Source: Octopus bimaculoides (lineage: Eukaryota). Taken from it: 64,000 nucleotides of DNA. Positions 27,643 to 40,784 of the stretch are shown here, one piece after another (the first letter of the stretch is position 1; each line of letters begins with the position of its first letter). The notes beneath the pieces are model-generated. The model saw only the letters and a program-made list of their open reading frames with translations. It was not told where the DNA came from and ran no database searches. The DNA is taken from the NCBI RefSeq assembly GCF_001194135.2, contig NC_068992.1:46708618-46772617 (forward strand), in the 5' to 3' direction. The position numbers were made by a program, and so were the translations under genes.

Positions 27643-27670
<28 letters not shown>
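27210..27670. repeat. Compound (TCTA)n minisatellite punctuated by TGCATGCCTG
   Basis: About 12 iterations of (TCTA)n-TCTGCATGCCTG with variable n, grading into (TCTG)n. Confidence 0.95.
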
Positions 27671-27673
<3 letters not shown>

Positions 27674-28109
27674 TTCTACGTATGTATATCTGCATGTGTG
27701 CGTATATTGTAAGTGCGTGTGCTTACGTTTGTGTGTGTGTGCGTGCATGCGTGTGTGTGCATGTGTGTGTGTGTGTGTGTGTGTGTGCGTGCGCGCGCGA
27801 GTTTGATTTGATAACTGAATGAATTAAATTAGTTTGGAAAAAGAGTTTCATTGATTGAGATACTTCATTGTTCTCTGTCCCAAGGAGTACATACGTTACT
27901 GGACGATACAACGTAAATACGTGAAACTAATGCAGCTTCCTCAAGTCGAAGCATTCAGAGTTACAGAATATAGAAAATAACATTAGAAATGCTCAAGGGA
28001 CGAACTTATATTGAAGTTCATCAAAATCCTGTCTGTAGTTGTTCGAGTTTCTAGACAACAGACGTTTATTCATTTTACCGTTGTAAAGTAAATGAGAGGG
28101 ATCTCAAAT

Positions 28110-28250
28110 GACCTTGTCCATAACAACAACAACAACAACAACGGCGAGAACAACAACAACACCATGAAGAAGAACGAGAAGAAGAAGAAGAAGAAGAAGA
28201 AGAAGAAGAAGAAGAAGAAGAACAACAACAACAACAACAACGACAACGAT
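28110..28250. repeat. (AAC)n-(AAG)n-(AAC)n microsatellite
   Basis: Read directly. Confidence 0.95.
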
Positions 28251-28552
28251 AAAAATAAACAAGCAAAAGCGATAACAACTCGGGTTTAGTCAATATGAAA
28301 GACATTGACAGTTTGAGAAAGTGACGTCTGTTAATGGATGTGTTTTTATCGAGAGAAAATATAGTATTGTTTATGATGGCCGTCTACAGAGTAAACATAC
28401 TTGAAAATATAAGACATATTGTGTGTGATATACGTCTTGAAAAGGAATATACATCCATACAACATACATATATATGTGTTTGTATGTGCATATATATATG
28501 TATGTCTATATATTTGTATCTCTCTCTCTCTCTCTCTATTTATATATGTGTG

Positions 28553-28608
<56 letters not shown>

Positions 28609-28617
28609 TATATATAA

Positions 28618-28649
<32 letters not shown>

Positions 28650-29049
28650 GATGAGGCATATAAATCCATAGACACTCAGATAAATGCACACACATATCTG
28701 TGCAGAATCACAGATATATATATAAATACACACACACACACATATACATACATACACGCATACACACACGTATAGGTATATAGAATATATGTACATATGT
28801 ATGTGAATGTGTGTGTATGCACACACACTAATATAAGTTTATCATCAATGCCGGATAGAGAAAGGAGAGTGTAAAATGATGTAAACTCATTATAGATAGA
28901 AAATTAAATCAGGAAAGAAGCAACGGAAATATAGGAATTCAGCCAAAATATTGCTAAATGTTTTATGGCCTTTTCTGAGGGTTTAATCTTCAAAATTTAT
29001 TGTAAAAATTGTTTTTGTAATCAACAAACAGAAATATTGTGGTTTTTTT

Positions 29050-29950
29050 ACTAATATTAATACAAGATTGACAATTAGTTAAATCGATAGAGTGTCGGAA
29101 AACGTACACTGCTGTACTTATTTCTGCTCATTATGTTGCAAGCAGAAATTGCCCCGGGGTCAAGCTTTTCATTTATCCCCCCCCCCCCCGGGGACGGTAA
29201 AATTTTATACCAGTGAAATATTAGGGTCACTCGCTATTGAGTAATCACAAACACCTATATATAGCATAGAATGCATTATATAATTTACAATATATATATA
29301 TATANNNNNNNNNNNNNNNNNNNNNNNNNNNNNNNNNNNNNNNNNNNNNNNNNNNNNNNNNNNNNNNNNNNNNNNNNNNNNNNNNNNNNNNTATATATAA
29401 TTAAGATTCAATTATTTGACTTCTCTATCTTTTTCCAAAGCAGTTATTCGTTGTTGCGAAAAATATATTTGGGAACATAAATAAACATGAAATTTTGGGG
29501 AAAAGAAAGAAATGTGCAATATGGGCAGACAACAACCGCTGAAAGTTTTTATAGGCTTATGATGTTGCTCCATAAATTTTGTGAGCAGGCAGAAACATCA
29601 GCACACCAGATAGCATGCTAAGCAAAATTTCCTCTGTCTTTTCTCTCTCAGTTGAACTTTCGTTAAAGTCGACTTCGACTTGCATTCTTTCAGTCAAATA
29701 CTGTGGAAGAAGTAATCGACTATCCCTAACATGTAACCCAAAGACAGACAGGTGGCAGAATGGTTAGCAAACCTGAGAAAATGGTTAGCAGCAATTCATT
29801 CGGTTTTACATTGTGAGTAAATCCGCGGTCGCCTTCGTGTTTTCTCCTTTATGGGGTTAAAGCAGTAATACCAGTTGTGCACTATGGTCGATGTGATCAA
29901 CCAGCATCTCTGCAAAATTTCACTCCTTGTGCCTATAGTAAGAAGGATTA
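29050..29950 (+). mobile_element. Three degenerate SINE family B copies (~29050-29255, 29582-29725, 29745-29950)
   Basis: Recognisable A/B boxes and ACCAGT..GTCGATG motifs with high divergence; a gap lies between the first two. Confidence 0.6.
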
Positions 29951-30781
29951 ACTATGTCACTTAATATAACACTGGTTCCAACATATGATTTCGGATCAAA
30001 ACTCTTGTAAAATAAGTTCCATTCATACAGAGATGTGTCTGTAGGGGCTGCGTGTGGATGTTTATCCGAGTGTCGAGTGAGTATTCACAGAGGTAGTGTC
30101 TCACTGCTATAACCGAGAAGTATTAATATAAATACATATATAAACACATGTATGCACTCACTGACGTACGTATATAGCTTTAATCGATCTGTGGATAATG
30201 AATCATAAATCAACGAAATAAGCGTTCAAGGTAACAGATTAAAGAAACCGCTCCTTAAGTAATTCAGGATATCTGGACATACCCTAAAATATTTAGGCAA
30301 CCACTTCAAACACTCCTGTCAGCAATATCGCTCATCGTTATTAATACCATTAATATTGTTATTATTCCCACTGCGCTATTAAATCTCTTTATACGTTTGT
30401 GTCATCTGGTTATTTGTATATAAAAGGCTTACCAACGCTAATCATGTATACAAATTGACTCGTTTGCTCATTAACTCCCTAATACTGTCAACAATGAGAT
30501 AAAAGAGAAAAAAAAAACGGGGTTAAACTGATTAACTTTTAGGTATTACTTTCTCATATTGAAGCTAGTTACGGAATTTACACTCCTAGAATAATAAACG
30601 GATTAATTTCATATAAATATATTATGTACACCCAGCTGGTTAACAAGTGCCTTTCCGTGTTCGAATTCGCTGCGTGACAATTTGGGCGTCTACAGAGATG
30701 ATCTTGAGTTGATGCTTAGTGGAGGGTCTCGTATGCTTATAGATAGACAAATGTTTTTTGTCTCTTCGCTCAGATACTTAC

Positions 30782-30829
30782 TGCCAGCGCCAAAGCCCTT
30801 CTCCTGTGTCCACATCTGTACGTCCAAAT
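30782..30829 (-). CDS. Candidate 48-nt internal exon of an unidentified gene
   Basis: ctttcacAG acceptor and GTAAGT donor; all three frames open; no homology recognised. Confidence 0.2.
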
Positions 30830-31287
30830 CTGTGAAAGACTTCGAGATATTTAATGCTAATCTCTAGAATGATATTCTGGCTGAGGCTCTCCCCTAAGTC
30901 CACGAAATTCTCCCCCTCTCTCTCCCTCGAAAGTGAAACGCGTTAAATAAAATTAACTTGAAATACATTTCATACTCCGGGATAAGGTTCAAGCACAAAT
31001 CACTGTAATTCTCTGGTTCTCAGTTATGTTCCTACTGCGGACGGACGTTTGTGTGCATGTGTGCGTGTGTGTGTGTGGAGTAAATCATTTGACAGTAACT
31101 TTCGAGTAACACGCTATGAAGCAGATAAACTAATAATTGTGAATTGTTATGGAAGGATTTTATGGACTATAACTTCTTCAGAAGTTACGTGTACCTCTAT
31201 GTGTTCGCTCGACATGGAAACCAAACTACCCTAAAATCATTCGATGAAGTAAATGGTCACATTAGATATTATTCTCTGAACAATTTA

Positions 31288-31466
31288 TTCATTTGAAATT
31301 TTGGTACACGACCAACAATTTCAATGCAGGGGACAACTCGATTGCATCGATCCCAGTACTGAACTGATATTTACTTTATCGACCCCGAAAGGATGAAAGC
31401 AAAGTAGACACGGTGGGATTTGAACTCAAAACGTGAGGACGTCGAAGTACTGCTAAGTATATCGGC
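31288..31466 (-). mobile_element. SINE family B
   Basis: Reverse complement: gagttcaaatcccaccg..ctttgctttcatcctttcggggtcgataaag..gtactgggatcgatgcaatcgag. Confidence 0.88.
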
Positions 31467-31869
31467 TTAGTGCTTAGGGATAGGGATAGTAACCTACTGT
31501 TAGGACTCAGCCAAGAGATTATATCAATGACAAGGGAGCAAGAAATTCTATAATGAATTGCATTAACTTAATTATTTCTGCTGTAAGACGCAATGCGCTC
31601 ATTATAGAGTACTAGTGTTTCTGAATCACATTATAATATTTATAAAATAGAAAACATCACTGTGTGTATTTTACCGCAGAAACAGGTGTAAGCTAATATA
31701 GTTGTTCATTACTTCTTCCATTACCATTTCATATATGATTCCTTATATNNNNNNNNNNTTCTATTCTTAGATTATCCATTTCAATATCCGTCTTAAGCTG
31801 GTATGAATATGAATAAAAGTGAATCTATGTGAGAAAAGACAATTACTGATATTCCATCGTTTACACGTG

Positions 31870-32330
31870 TCAAAACAAATTAAATTCCCGAAACAACTGA
31901 GAAAAAACAAAAGCTTATATATTAATAGTGAGGTTGCTGTTGACAGATACGAAAAGAATTATGCTTACAAAGAAAGAACATATGAAAAATGATATTTCTC
32001 CTACGTTATATAATAAAATACGTTTACAAGGAAAGTTGAAGAAAACCTTGATGAAATTATGAAATTAAGAACATAAAATAAAAACAGCTGTATGTTATTT
32101 TATGATCACCCAAAGCTTTAAAACATTGTTATAGCTCAACCTCAATATATATTTACAACCAAAACCGAATTAATAGAAGACATTTTAAAAGAAACAAAAA
32201 ATAAAGGAAAATAGATTAATGTTTAAGGAAGGGAAAATATTTATTGCGGGTTTCAGAATGTAGAAAGTCAGCCAAGCTTGATACCGAATCTCTCTTAGTT
32301 CCTTATGCAGAATAAAACTTCGTGTCCACA
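31870..32330 (+). pseudogene. Stop-interrupted protein-like remnant, weakly resembling a Roco COR domain
   Basis: ENLDEIMKLRT*NKNSCMLFYDHPKL*NIVIAQPQYIFTTKTELIEDILKE resembles the COR pattern 'LLYFxxxPxLxxxVIxxPQ(W/Y)(L/I)FxxITELI'; pattern recall only. Confidence 0.3.
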
Positions 32331-32677
32331 TCTAAACATATCCACATACCCACCCTATCTATATGAGAATATGTGTGTGTATCTCAGTGCATATTTGTGC
32401 TTATCTATCTATCTAGCTATCTATATGTATATATACATATATCTATATAATATATAGGCAAATAAATATTTATATATACACATATCTGTATGCATCTGCA
32501 GTTGTGTTTTGTATATAGTGGTAAATATATGCGTAAAATATTATACTGTGTATACTGATATATACACAAATATGTCAATATATATAAGTGTATATATTTA
32601 TACAGGCGCACACACGCATATATCTATGTATGTGTGTGCGCGTGTGTAAATATACTTATGTACATATGCATGTGTGT

Positions 32678-32737
<60 letters not shown>

Positions 32738-33539
32738 GTATATACACACGTACATACATATATACATATATGTGTATATATATATCGATAGATGCCTTGC
32801 ATCGGCAAAATTTTGTCAACATATCAGGTAATATTATACTATGTCCGGTAAAATCAATAACGCCAACATGTAAAATACATAAAAGAAAATCAATTAATAA
32901 TATAAGACAATAAATGATACAAAAGGAAAGTAGAGAAAAATTCTGCTAAGTAGCATTTAAAAATATATTAATATCAATTTGTGTCTGGTCTTCCTTAGCA
33001 ACGACTGTTATTTAACATCCAAGCAGCAAGAATTTCCCGTTTTCAAAATTATCTTCGTAAATTTTATGTTATTTACTTTGCCTTTAGTAAAGCAATAGAT
33101 AAATTGTTAGTGTAAACAAAGATAAGGATTTAAGAGTTACGTTCTTTGTATTGATTTTAGTTTTCAATTTACAAGCTCTAAGAACAAAATGTATAATAAT
33201 AATAATAATAATAAATAAATAAATTAATGAATAAACATCAGAATATAGAATATAAGAAAGAAGAAAACATTGAACTATGTATTCCCAACGTATTAGAAAA
33301 TTCTATTTTCTTCAAGAATTCTCTCGGTACGGAGTTTTTCTAAATATCCATAACTACTTTGCTAAGGTCATTATATTGTTCTAATTAAAAAATAAATAAA
33401 TAAAAACAACTGTATGACCATGTATATGTATTTTGGGCTTAACCTTTTACTTAATTGAGTAGAATTAAGAGGCGGTGAGAGTTAATCCCCAAAACACATA
33501 CGCACACACTTACATGCACACACATACATGCACATATAT

Positions 33540-33680
33540 CCATGACAGAATTTTTCGGTTTCAGCCTACTAAATCCATTCAGAAAATTTTGGATGGACAA
33601 CACTTGGCCAAGGTGCTGGTCAATCGGTACTGAAACCTGAGACATGTTTGAGAAATTTTTTTACCACAAACCCAAGCCTA
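33540..33680 (-). mobile_element. SINE family A head, degenerate
   Basis: Reverse complement aligns to the head (gcaccttggccaagtg..tggatttagtaggctgaaacc). Confidence 0.7.
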
Positions 33681-33760
33681 TCTCTCTCTTTCTCTCTCCA
33701 TATATACATCCATATGCACAAACAGTTATATCTAATACCTTTTTCCGTTATTTCGTTTTC

Positions 33761-34126
33761 TTTTCATTTACATGTTTCAGTCATTTGACTACGGCTATGC
33801 TGGAGCACCGTCTTTAGTCAAAAAAATCGACTTGATAATTATACTATCGGATCTTTTGTCGAACCGCTAAGTTACGGAGACGTAAACATACCAACATCAG
33901 TTGTCAAGCGATGGCGGGGTACAAACAGACACGTGCGCGCGTGCGCACACACACACATATATACGACAGGATTCTTTTCAGTTTCCGTCTACCAAATCCA
34001 CTCACAAGGTTTTGGTCGGCTCGAGGTTATAGCAGAAGGCACTTGGCTAAGGTGCTACGCAGTGGGACCGAAACCGAAACAATATGGTTGGGAAGCAAGC
34101 TTCTACTCACACAGCAAGACCTGCAC
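33761..34126 (-). mobile_element. SINE family A, full length
   Basis: Head 33965-34126, internal CA/GC tract, tail 33761-33915. Confidence 0.92.
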
Positions 34127-36115
34127 TTGTATTGTGTATTTGTTTCTTTTTGTATCGTATTATTATTGATCTTCTATAACAATGAAGCTGTATCTCTTAA
34201 ACCGCCGCTTTTGTATACATATACCAAAACGAAATCTTGCGGAACAGACGTTATTTTAACGAGATACATCTTGTAATCACCTGAGGGGATATATCTACAC
34301 CGACGGAGACTCTTAAATCAGTTGTTCAATATCCGACCCGTGACGGATTGATGGTAGATGAGTTGAAACAATTGTAGTAATCAATAAGCATTCTCGTATC
34401 TTCCATCTCTCTCATTTATCAAATATATATACGTATTAGAATGTATATGTATATCTACAAATAGATAGTAATACTGAAGTGAAACGAAACTGATATTTTG
34501 AATTTATTTAATACGTACACTTCAGGTATGCATAATATCTAATTGTAAATGCATTGATTCCGTAAACCTTCTTTAGTTTCAAAATATTACTATTTAGTTT
34601 GGCTTTATTATAACAGCTTATACAACTTGACGCCAGTACAGTCTCTATTCCAAATTTGCGGATACACTAAATACGATTTGGAGTAGTGTCTTATGTTTTA
34701 CTCGATTCGAAAATTGTGGAACCGTGCACGGATACTAAGCGTAAGACAAAATATATAAACAAATACGTACGTACATACATACATACAAACACAGGTATGA
34801 AGGCAGTGAACAGGAAATACATTCAGATACATCGTGTATTTTAAGTGTAACATACCATCAATGATAGAGGGATAAAAGTAATGATATGAACTCAGCCCCA
34901 AGACTAAAAATTTGGTTCTGCATTCCAAGCAGGGTGGACAATTCATGTTTGGAGTAATTGCTTCAAATATCTAAGAAATACCATAACATTTCTGGACATT
35001 TGCGGCTCTTGTACAGGTAAAATACAGCTTTGGCAATTACGAATGGTACAGTCAGCCCACAACTCTAGTCGTTATCGTGGAAATCGGTGAAATATAAAAG
35101 TCCTCAGTTCAATGGGAATTTATTGCCGAAGGGCGCATGCTGACAAGTCAATTTCTTCATTGAAGCTAGTCCTATCCATTGAAATAGGGAAAAGGTGAAG
35201 AATTACTGGAAGATGGGAGGAAATCCTGGTCTTGGAAGCCTGGAGTATAAAATAACATTTGTTGTTACATCTCACTCTTGCAACACGTGAATGTGTGCGA
35301 GGTCAAAATGGCAGAAATTCTTTAAAATGAAACTATAGAAGAAGACAGAAAATTCTTCGCACTAGGATATAACCTGACCCCAAGTGTTTGCAAATGAATA
35401 ATTTAAACATAGTTCTTCGTGTAAGTATATAAACAAAGAATCAAAAGTATCCACATGCGTGGAAGCGTGAGAGAATAAAAGTGTACTCGACTATAAAAGC
35501 AATATGAGATGGTTTACTGGAAATCGAATCTTCTCATAATTTGGTTCAGAATTCATTTTGACGCCTATATCCGAGCTTTTAAAGAAAAATGAAATATAAA
35601 ATTTATTATATAAAATGTATACATAAGTCTTTGAATAGGAAGCAAGCCTAGATTGTCTAATACAATATAAAATAAAGTTATCAGAAATTTATTATTGGTG
35701 ATACGAGGTAACGGATATTGTTTGAAGCATGTAAATAAACCTTTATTTCACTAACATTCTAAAAGAAGAGTAAACAAGGAATATATGGTAGTGGTAGTAG
35801 TAGTAGGAATAATAATAATAACAATAATAATGGCTAAAAGACTGAATTATTATTTGAAAACCAAAATATAATGCAAACAAAAATAGCAATGACAAGCAAG
35901 ACGAAATAAAATTTTTTACCATAAATATATTTATAATATGGTACAAGAGGAATGTCTCTCAACAATTTTTTTTTTAAATGTCACGAATATCATTATCCAG
36001 TTCATAACATAACATGTTGCACTCACTGCAAAAATCAACAAATTTCAATGGTTTTTCTGTCCATGTTTTAGGAAAGAATTGCCATGCTTTCACCAAATCA
36101 GAGCTAACAACGTAC

Positions 36116-36175
36116 TTTAGGAGGAAACTTCTTGTAGGCGTTGGTAGTACGAAGACCGGGACGTATGAATGATTT
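36116..36175 (-). CDS. Candidate 60-nt internal exon of an unidentified gene
   Basis: tatgttttatgttttcAG acceptor and GTACGT donor. Frame 0 reads KSFIRPGLRTTNAYKKFPPK; another open frame reads NHSYVPVFVLPTPTRSFLL. Confidence 0.3.
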
Positions 36176-36584
36176 CTGAAAACATAAAACATGTATCCTA
36201 CATGGATCATATATACTTGGATAAATCTTATATTGTACTTTCTGATTGTATGAACATATTGTGGACAATATATTAGAATTAAAAAGAAAAGCAAAGATTT
36301 TACTTGAAATTGTGCTGTCGAATTTAGTGACAGATGGTGTAAAGCGGGGTAAAAACTAGAAACATATCTAGTGCAAAGGTAACGGTCTAAACCTTAGATT
36401 TGCAGAATACCCAGTTTATGCGTATAAAAATAGCGATTATTTTTCTAAAATTGAAATTTCTCCGTGAAACCAATATGGCAAACATTAATTTGAATGCTGC
36501 ATACGGTAAGTACTAGCTACCTCAAGCAACATTGATATTGATATTAGAGAGGCGAACTGGGAGAATCATAAGGGTGTCGTACAA

Positions 36585-36990
36585 AATGCATAGTAACATA
36601 CATTCCGGTTGTTTACGTTTTGAATTCAATTTCACTATGTCTTTACGTCCTTCCTGGTTCGATATAAAAAGTACCAGTTGAACAGTGGAATCGATGAAAC
36701 AGACTTCCCCATTCTTCAAATTTGCTGCCCTTGTTTTAGAATAAGAATGGATCATTACGACAATTAATTTTAGTAGTAACTTTAAATCAGTGCATAACAA
36801 ATCGGTTGAGTGCCGGAGAAAGTACATTGTGTTATTTATTTACGTCCCTTTGCATACTGACGTACTCTAGGCTTCATTTACACCTCTTACCTACAATAAT
36901 TTAGAAAAGTGTACCAGTAATATTTGGCGTTCACATATTTGATTTTTCGTCCTCCCATCCGATAGGAAGTTGTGCCAAATTTACAAAACA
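36585..36990 (+). mobile_element. Two degenerate SINE family B copies
   Basis: ttcgatataaaaagtaccagttgaacagtggaatcgatg and aaaagtgtaccag motifs. Confidence 0.6.
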
Positions 36991-37654
36991 TGTTAAAGTA
37001 ATCCATATTCATATCATTTGATACATAGAGGTGTTCAATATTTGTTGTGTTAATGATGCTGATGTTGCTATTGTTGTTGTTACTGCTGCTGCTGCAGTTG
37101 TTCCGGCAGTTGTTGCTGATAGTTCATGTTATTAAAACATCTCTCTAAATATTAAATTCTGATGAAAAGTATCTCTACAAAGTACACAGATGTGGAAGAT
37201 ATCATCACGTAGAAATAATAGGTTATTGACAAAAGATAATATCTTGGACAGATGGATTCCCTTACCCTTTCTCATTCACCACCCGCTTATTTCATTCCTC
37301 GTTCTCTCCTTCCAATTCCTAGAGTCATGGAAATTTATTTTTCTAATACTGGAAACCTGCGGGAAAAAAAAAATAGTTCAACGCAATTTCTATGTCGGAT
37401 TTTCTTCTATATTGATGGAGTGATTTCCAGCTCATTCATAAGTGGAAGTATTCTGTAGAGAGAGGAATAATTCTGTTGACGAATCAATCTCTCAGGAGAC
37501 TGTATTAAATAAGATTTTAATAAAAATACTAAATACATAAAATGGAGGAGAAAGAGAAAATAGTTATATGGTTCAGAAGAAGAATTATATTCGAATATGG
37601 CTTTAAAATATTATATTTGAAATAATTGATTTTGCACTTAAGCACTAAACCACC

Positions 37655-38380
37655 GATTATTATTATTATTATTATTATTACTGTTATTGATGCAGTTGCT
37701 ATTATTAATATTTTTATTATAATTATTACTATTATTAGAGTTATTATTATTATTACTATTGTCATTGTTGTTGTTGGTGTCATTATTGTTATGTAGTTGG
37801 TTTGTTGTTATTTTTGTTGTTGTTACAGTCGTGATGCAGAATCGGTAAAGTAGTGAAAATAGTAGCTTGCAATAAATCATCAGCCACGTCACTTTACTTT
37901 CAGAATACCATACTGCCTTGGTGACTTTGTCTCAGTTCAATCTAGGTTAAAAAATCTTAAGTACTATGTTCGATTTACATACACACACTCGCACGCACAT
38001 GCACTCGCACACTCACACTCACACACAAATCTTAAACTTCTGTTTTGAAGAGAATAGCGTTTAGAAATTGCCACTATTATCATCATCATCGTTGTCATCA
38101 TGATCGTCATATTCGTTGTCATCGTCACGACCGTAATTATCCTCCTCGCCTTCCTCACCTCTATCACTGTCACCACCATCAACAACACCGTCATCATCGT
38201 AGTCGTCAGCATCACCATCATCATCAATAATAACAACAACAACAACAACAACAAAAATAATAATAACAAAAACCTCAACCCGGAGCGGCGGCAGCCGCAG
38301 CGGCAGCAGCAGCGTCTGCAGAACTGCAGAAGTGGCTATAATAGAAGTAGCATCAGCAGCAGCAGTAGTAGAAGAAGAAG
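37655..38380. repeat. Degenerate trinucleotide tracts (ATT/GTT, CAT/CAC/AAC, CAG, AGT)
   Basis: Read directly; interrupted by ~230 bp of unique sequence. Confidence 0.85.
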
Positions 38381-38382
38381 TA

Positions 38383-38456
38383 GAGTTGAAGTGTCGCTGC
38401 AGTCGACTTTGCTTTTCATCCTTATGGAGTCTATATCATAAGTACCAGTTGAAGAT
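38383..38456 (+). mobile_element. SINE family B central fragment
   Basis: gtcgactttgcttttcatccttatggagtctatatcataagtaccagttgaag. Confidence 0.75.
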
Positions 38457-38465
38457 ATATATATA

Positions 38466-39291
38466 TATGCACATATACATATATATAAACTTACATAAAT
38501 ACGTGTGTGTGTGTGTGCGTGCGTGGGTATGTAGGTATTGTTTTTAATCTCGTCCTGTTACACCGATTCTTTCACAAGATTTTGCTATTCTTCTCCGCTT
38601 GCATCTTATTGCTTTTTTTTAAGAAAATAATTTAAGACGCTTGTGACTCGGTATTTTATATACAATATTGTTGTTACTGTTGTTGTGGTTGTTGTTGTTG
38701 CTATCTTTGTTTAGCCCTAGTCTGTTTTTGAAGGAGCAACTACGACCAATTATATTCAAGCCTTGGTCATATTGTCGTATATTTCATCATATTCCACTAC
38801 TGGTTTCTTGTTTAAGATACTGGTTTCAAATGTGACAGTAGGGGAACAAGTTCTACAGGAATTGGAAGGGCGATTACATAGACTCCAATGTAATCCCCCT
38901 TCCAACTCCTGTAGAACTTGTTCCCCTACTGCCACATTTGAAACCAGTATCTTAAACAAGAAACCAGTAGTGGAATATGATGGAATATACGACAAGATGA
39001 CCAAGGCTTGAATATAATTGGTCGTAGAGTTGCTCCTTCAAAAAGAGACTAGGGCTAAACAAAGATAGCAACAACAACAACAGTAACAACAATATTGTAT
39101 ATAAAATACCGAGTCACAAGCGTCTTAAATTATTTTCTAAAAAAAAAAGCAATAAGATGCAACCGGAGAAGAATAGCAAAATCTTGTGAAAGAAACGGTG
39201 TAACAGGACGAGATTAAAAACAATACCTACATACCCACGCACGCACACACACACGCATTTATGTAAGTTTATATATATGTATATGTGCATA
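38466..39291. repeat. ~825-bp inverted duplication (arms ~410 bp, 8-nt spacer)
   Basis: Arms 38466-38879 and 38888-39291, loop AGACTCCA; mirror-image ORFs 38756..39004(-) and 38763..39011(+); scattered substitutions between arms. Confidence 0.95.
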
Positions 39292-39385
39292 NNNNNNNNN
39301 NNNNNNNNNNNNNNNNNNNNNNNNNNNNNNNNNNNNNNNNNNNNNNNNNNNNNNNNNNNNNNNNNNNNNNNNNNNNNNNNNNNNN

Positions 39386-39416
<31 letters not shown>

Positions 39417-40045
39417 GCAAACACGCACACACATATATTTGTATACAGATAACACCTGTATAGACATATGTGTGTGTCTGTTTCTCTCTCTCTGTATGCG
39501 TATGTATTGTACATATGTGTAGATATATATGTATATACATACACACGCACACGCTTGCACACACACACGCTTGCACACACACACATACATACATATCTAT
39601 GTATAAATCATTCAAATCCAACATACATGATATCTAGATGTGTTTATAATCCCACGTTTAGATATATAGCCAAAGCCTCTTTCCCTTTACTTCAGTTTTA
39701 CGTGCAAGGAAAAGCAATGTTATTAATAACAAATCACTACATGCATTCCACTCAATCATAAACTCTATTTGCTAATATAAATAATATAGCGCCTGTACAG
39801 AAACATTGAGATAAATTACTTAACTAAATGCAAACTCGAAAATCAGATATTTAGAAAATGTTGAATGAGTTTATTTTATATAATCTCAAAAAACAGACGA
39901 GATTTTAAAATTAGCATGCCTTTTGATAATATATCAAATATAAATAAATATGCAAGAATGTCTTGGCAGCTGACACCATACACACTCAACGCGCGTGCAC
40001 TAACACACACGTACGCATGCACACAAACACGAATATATATATATA

Positions 40046-40236
40046 ATGATTGACCGTTGACTGAACACTATTCAATTTTTTTTCTCAGTGTTTTTCTCCT
40101 TGTCTCCGTATTCTTTCTGTTGAAGAGCGTAGCTCGAAACGTCAAAGACTTTCCGTATTCCCGAGCGTCATACTAATATATACTTTTGTTATTTACACCA
40201 CCTGTCCTCGTCTGTTGTTATTTTTTGTATATTCTC

Positions 40237-40238
<2 letters not shown>
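40046..40238 (+). mobile_element. ~190-bp non-autonomous repeat carrying a hammerhead-like motif, copy 1
   Basis: Aligns end to end with the reverse complement of 59345-59526; (TA)n on both sides. Confidence 0.8.
40112..40148 (+). ncRNA. Minimal type I hammerhead ribozyme-like motif (U6 core variant)
   Basis: Stem I TCTTT/AAAGA; core CTGTTGA plus extra A; stem II GAGC-GTA-GCTC; GAAA-CG-T-C with the palindromic ACGT typical of minimal PLE hammerheads; predicted cleavage after C40143. Confidence 0.65.
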
Positions 40239-40272
<34 letters not shown>

Positions 40273-40285
40273 GCACACACACACA

Positions 40286-40320
<35 letters not shown>

Positions 40321-40784
40321 NNNNNNNNNNNNNNNNNNNNNNNNNNNNNNNNNNNNNNNNNNNNNNNNNNNNNNNNNNNNNNNNNNNNNNNNNNNNNNNN
40401 NNNNNNNNNNNNNNNNNNNNNNNNNNNNNNNNNNNNNNNNNNNNNNNNNNNNNNNNNNNNNNNNNNNNNNNNNNNNNNNNNNNNNNNNNNNNNNNNNNNN
40501 NNNNNNNNNNNNNNNNNNNNNNNNNNNNNNNNNNNNNNNNNNNNNNNNNNNNNNNNNNNNNNNNNNNNNNNNNNNNNNNNNNNNNNNNNNNNNNNNNNNN
40601 NNNNNNNNNNNNNNNNNNNNNNNNNNNNNNNNNNNNNNNNNNNNNNNNNNNNNNNNNNNNNNNNNNNNNNNNNNNNNNNNNNNNNNNNNNNNNNNNNNNN
40701 NNNNNNNNNNNNNNNNNNNNNNNNNNNNNNNNNNNNNNNNNNNNNNNNNNNNNNNNNNNNNNNNNNNNNNNNNNNNNNNNNNNN

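Noticed and set aside
27210-27670. CRISPR-like regularly spaced repeat
   Set aside because: The spacers are TCTA units, not unique sequence; eukaryotic context with no cas genes.
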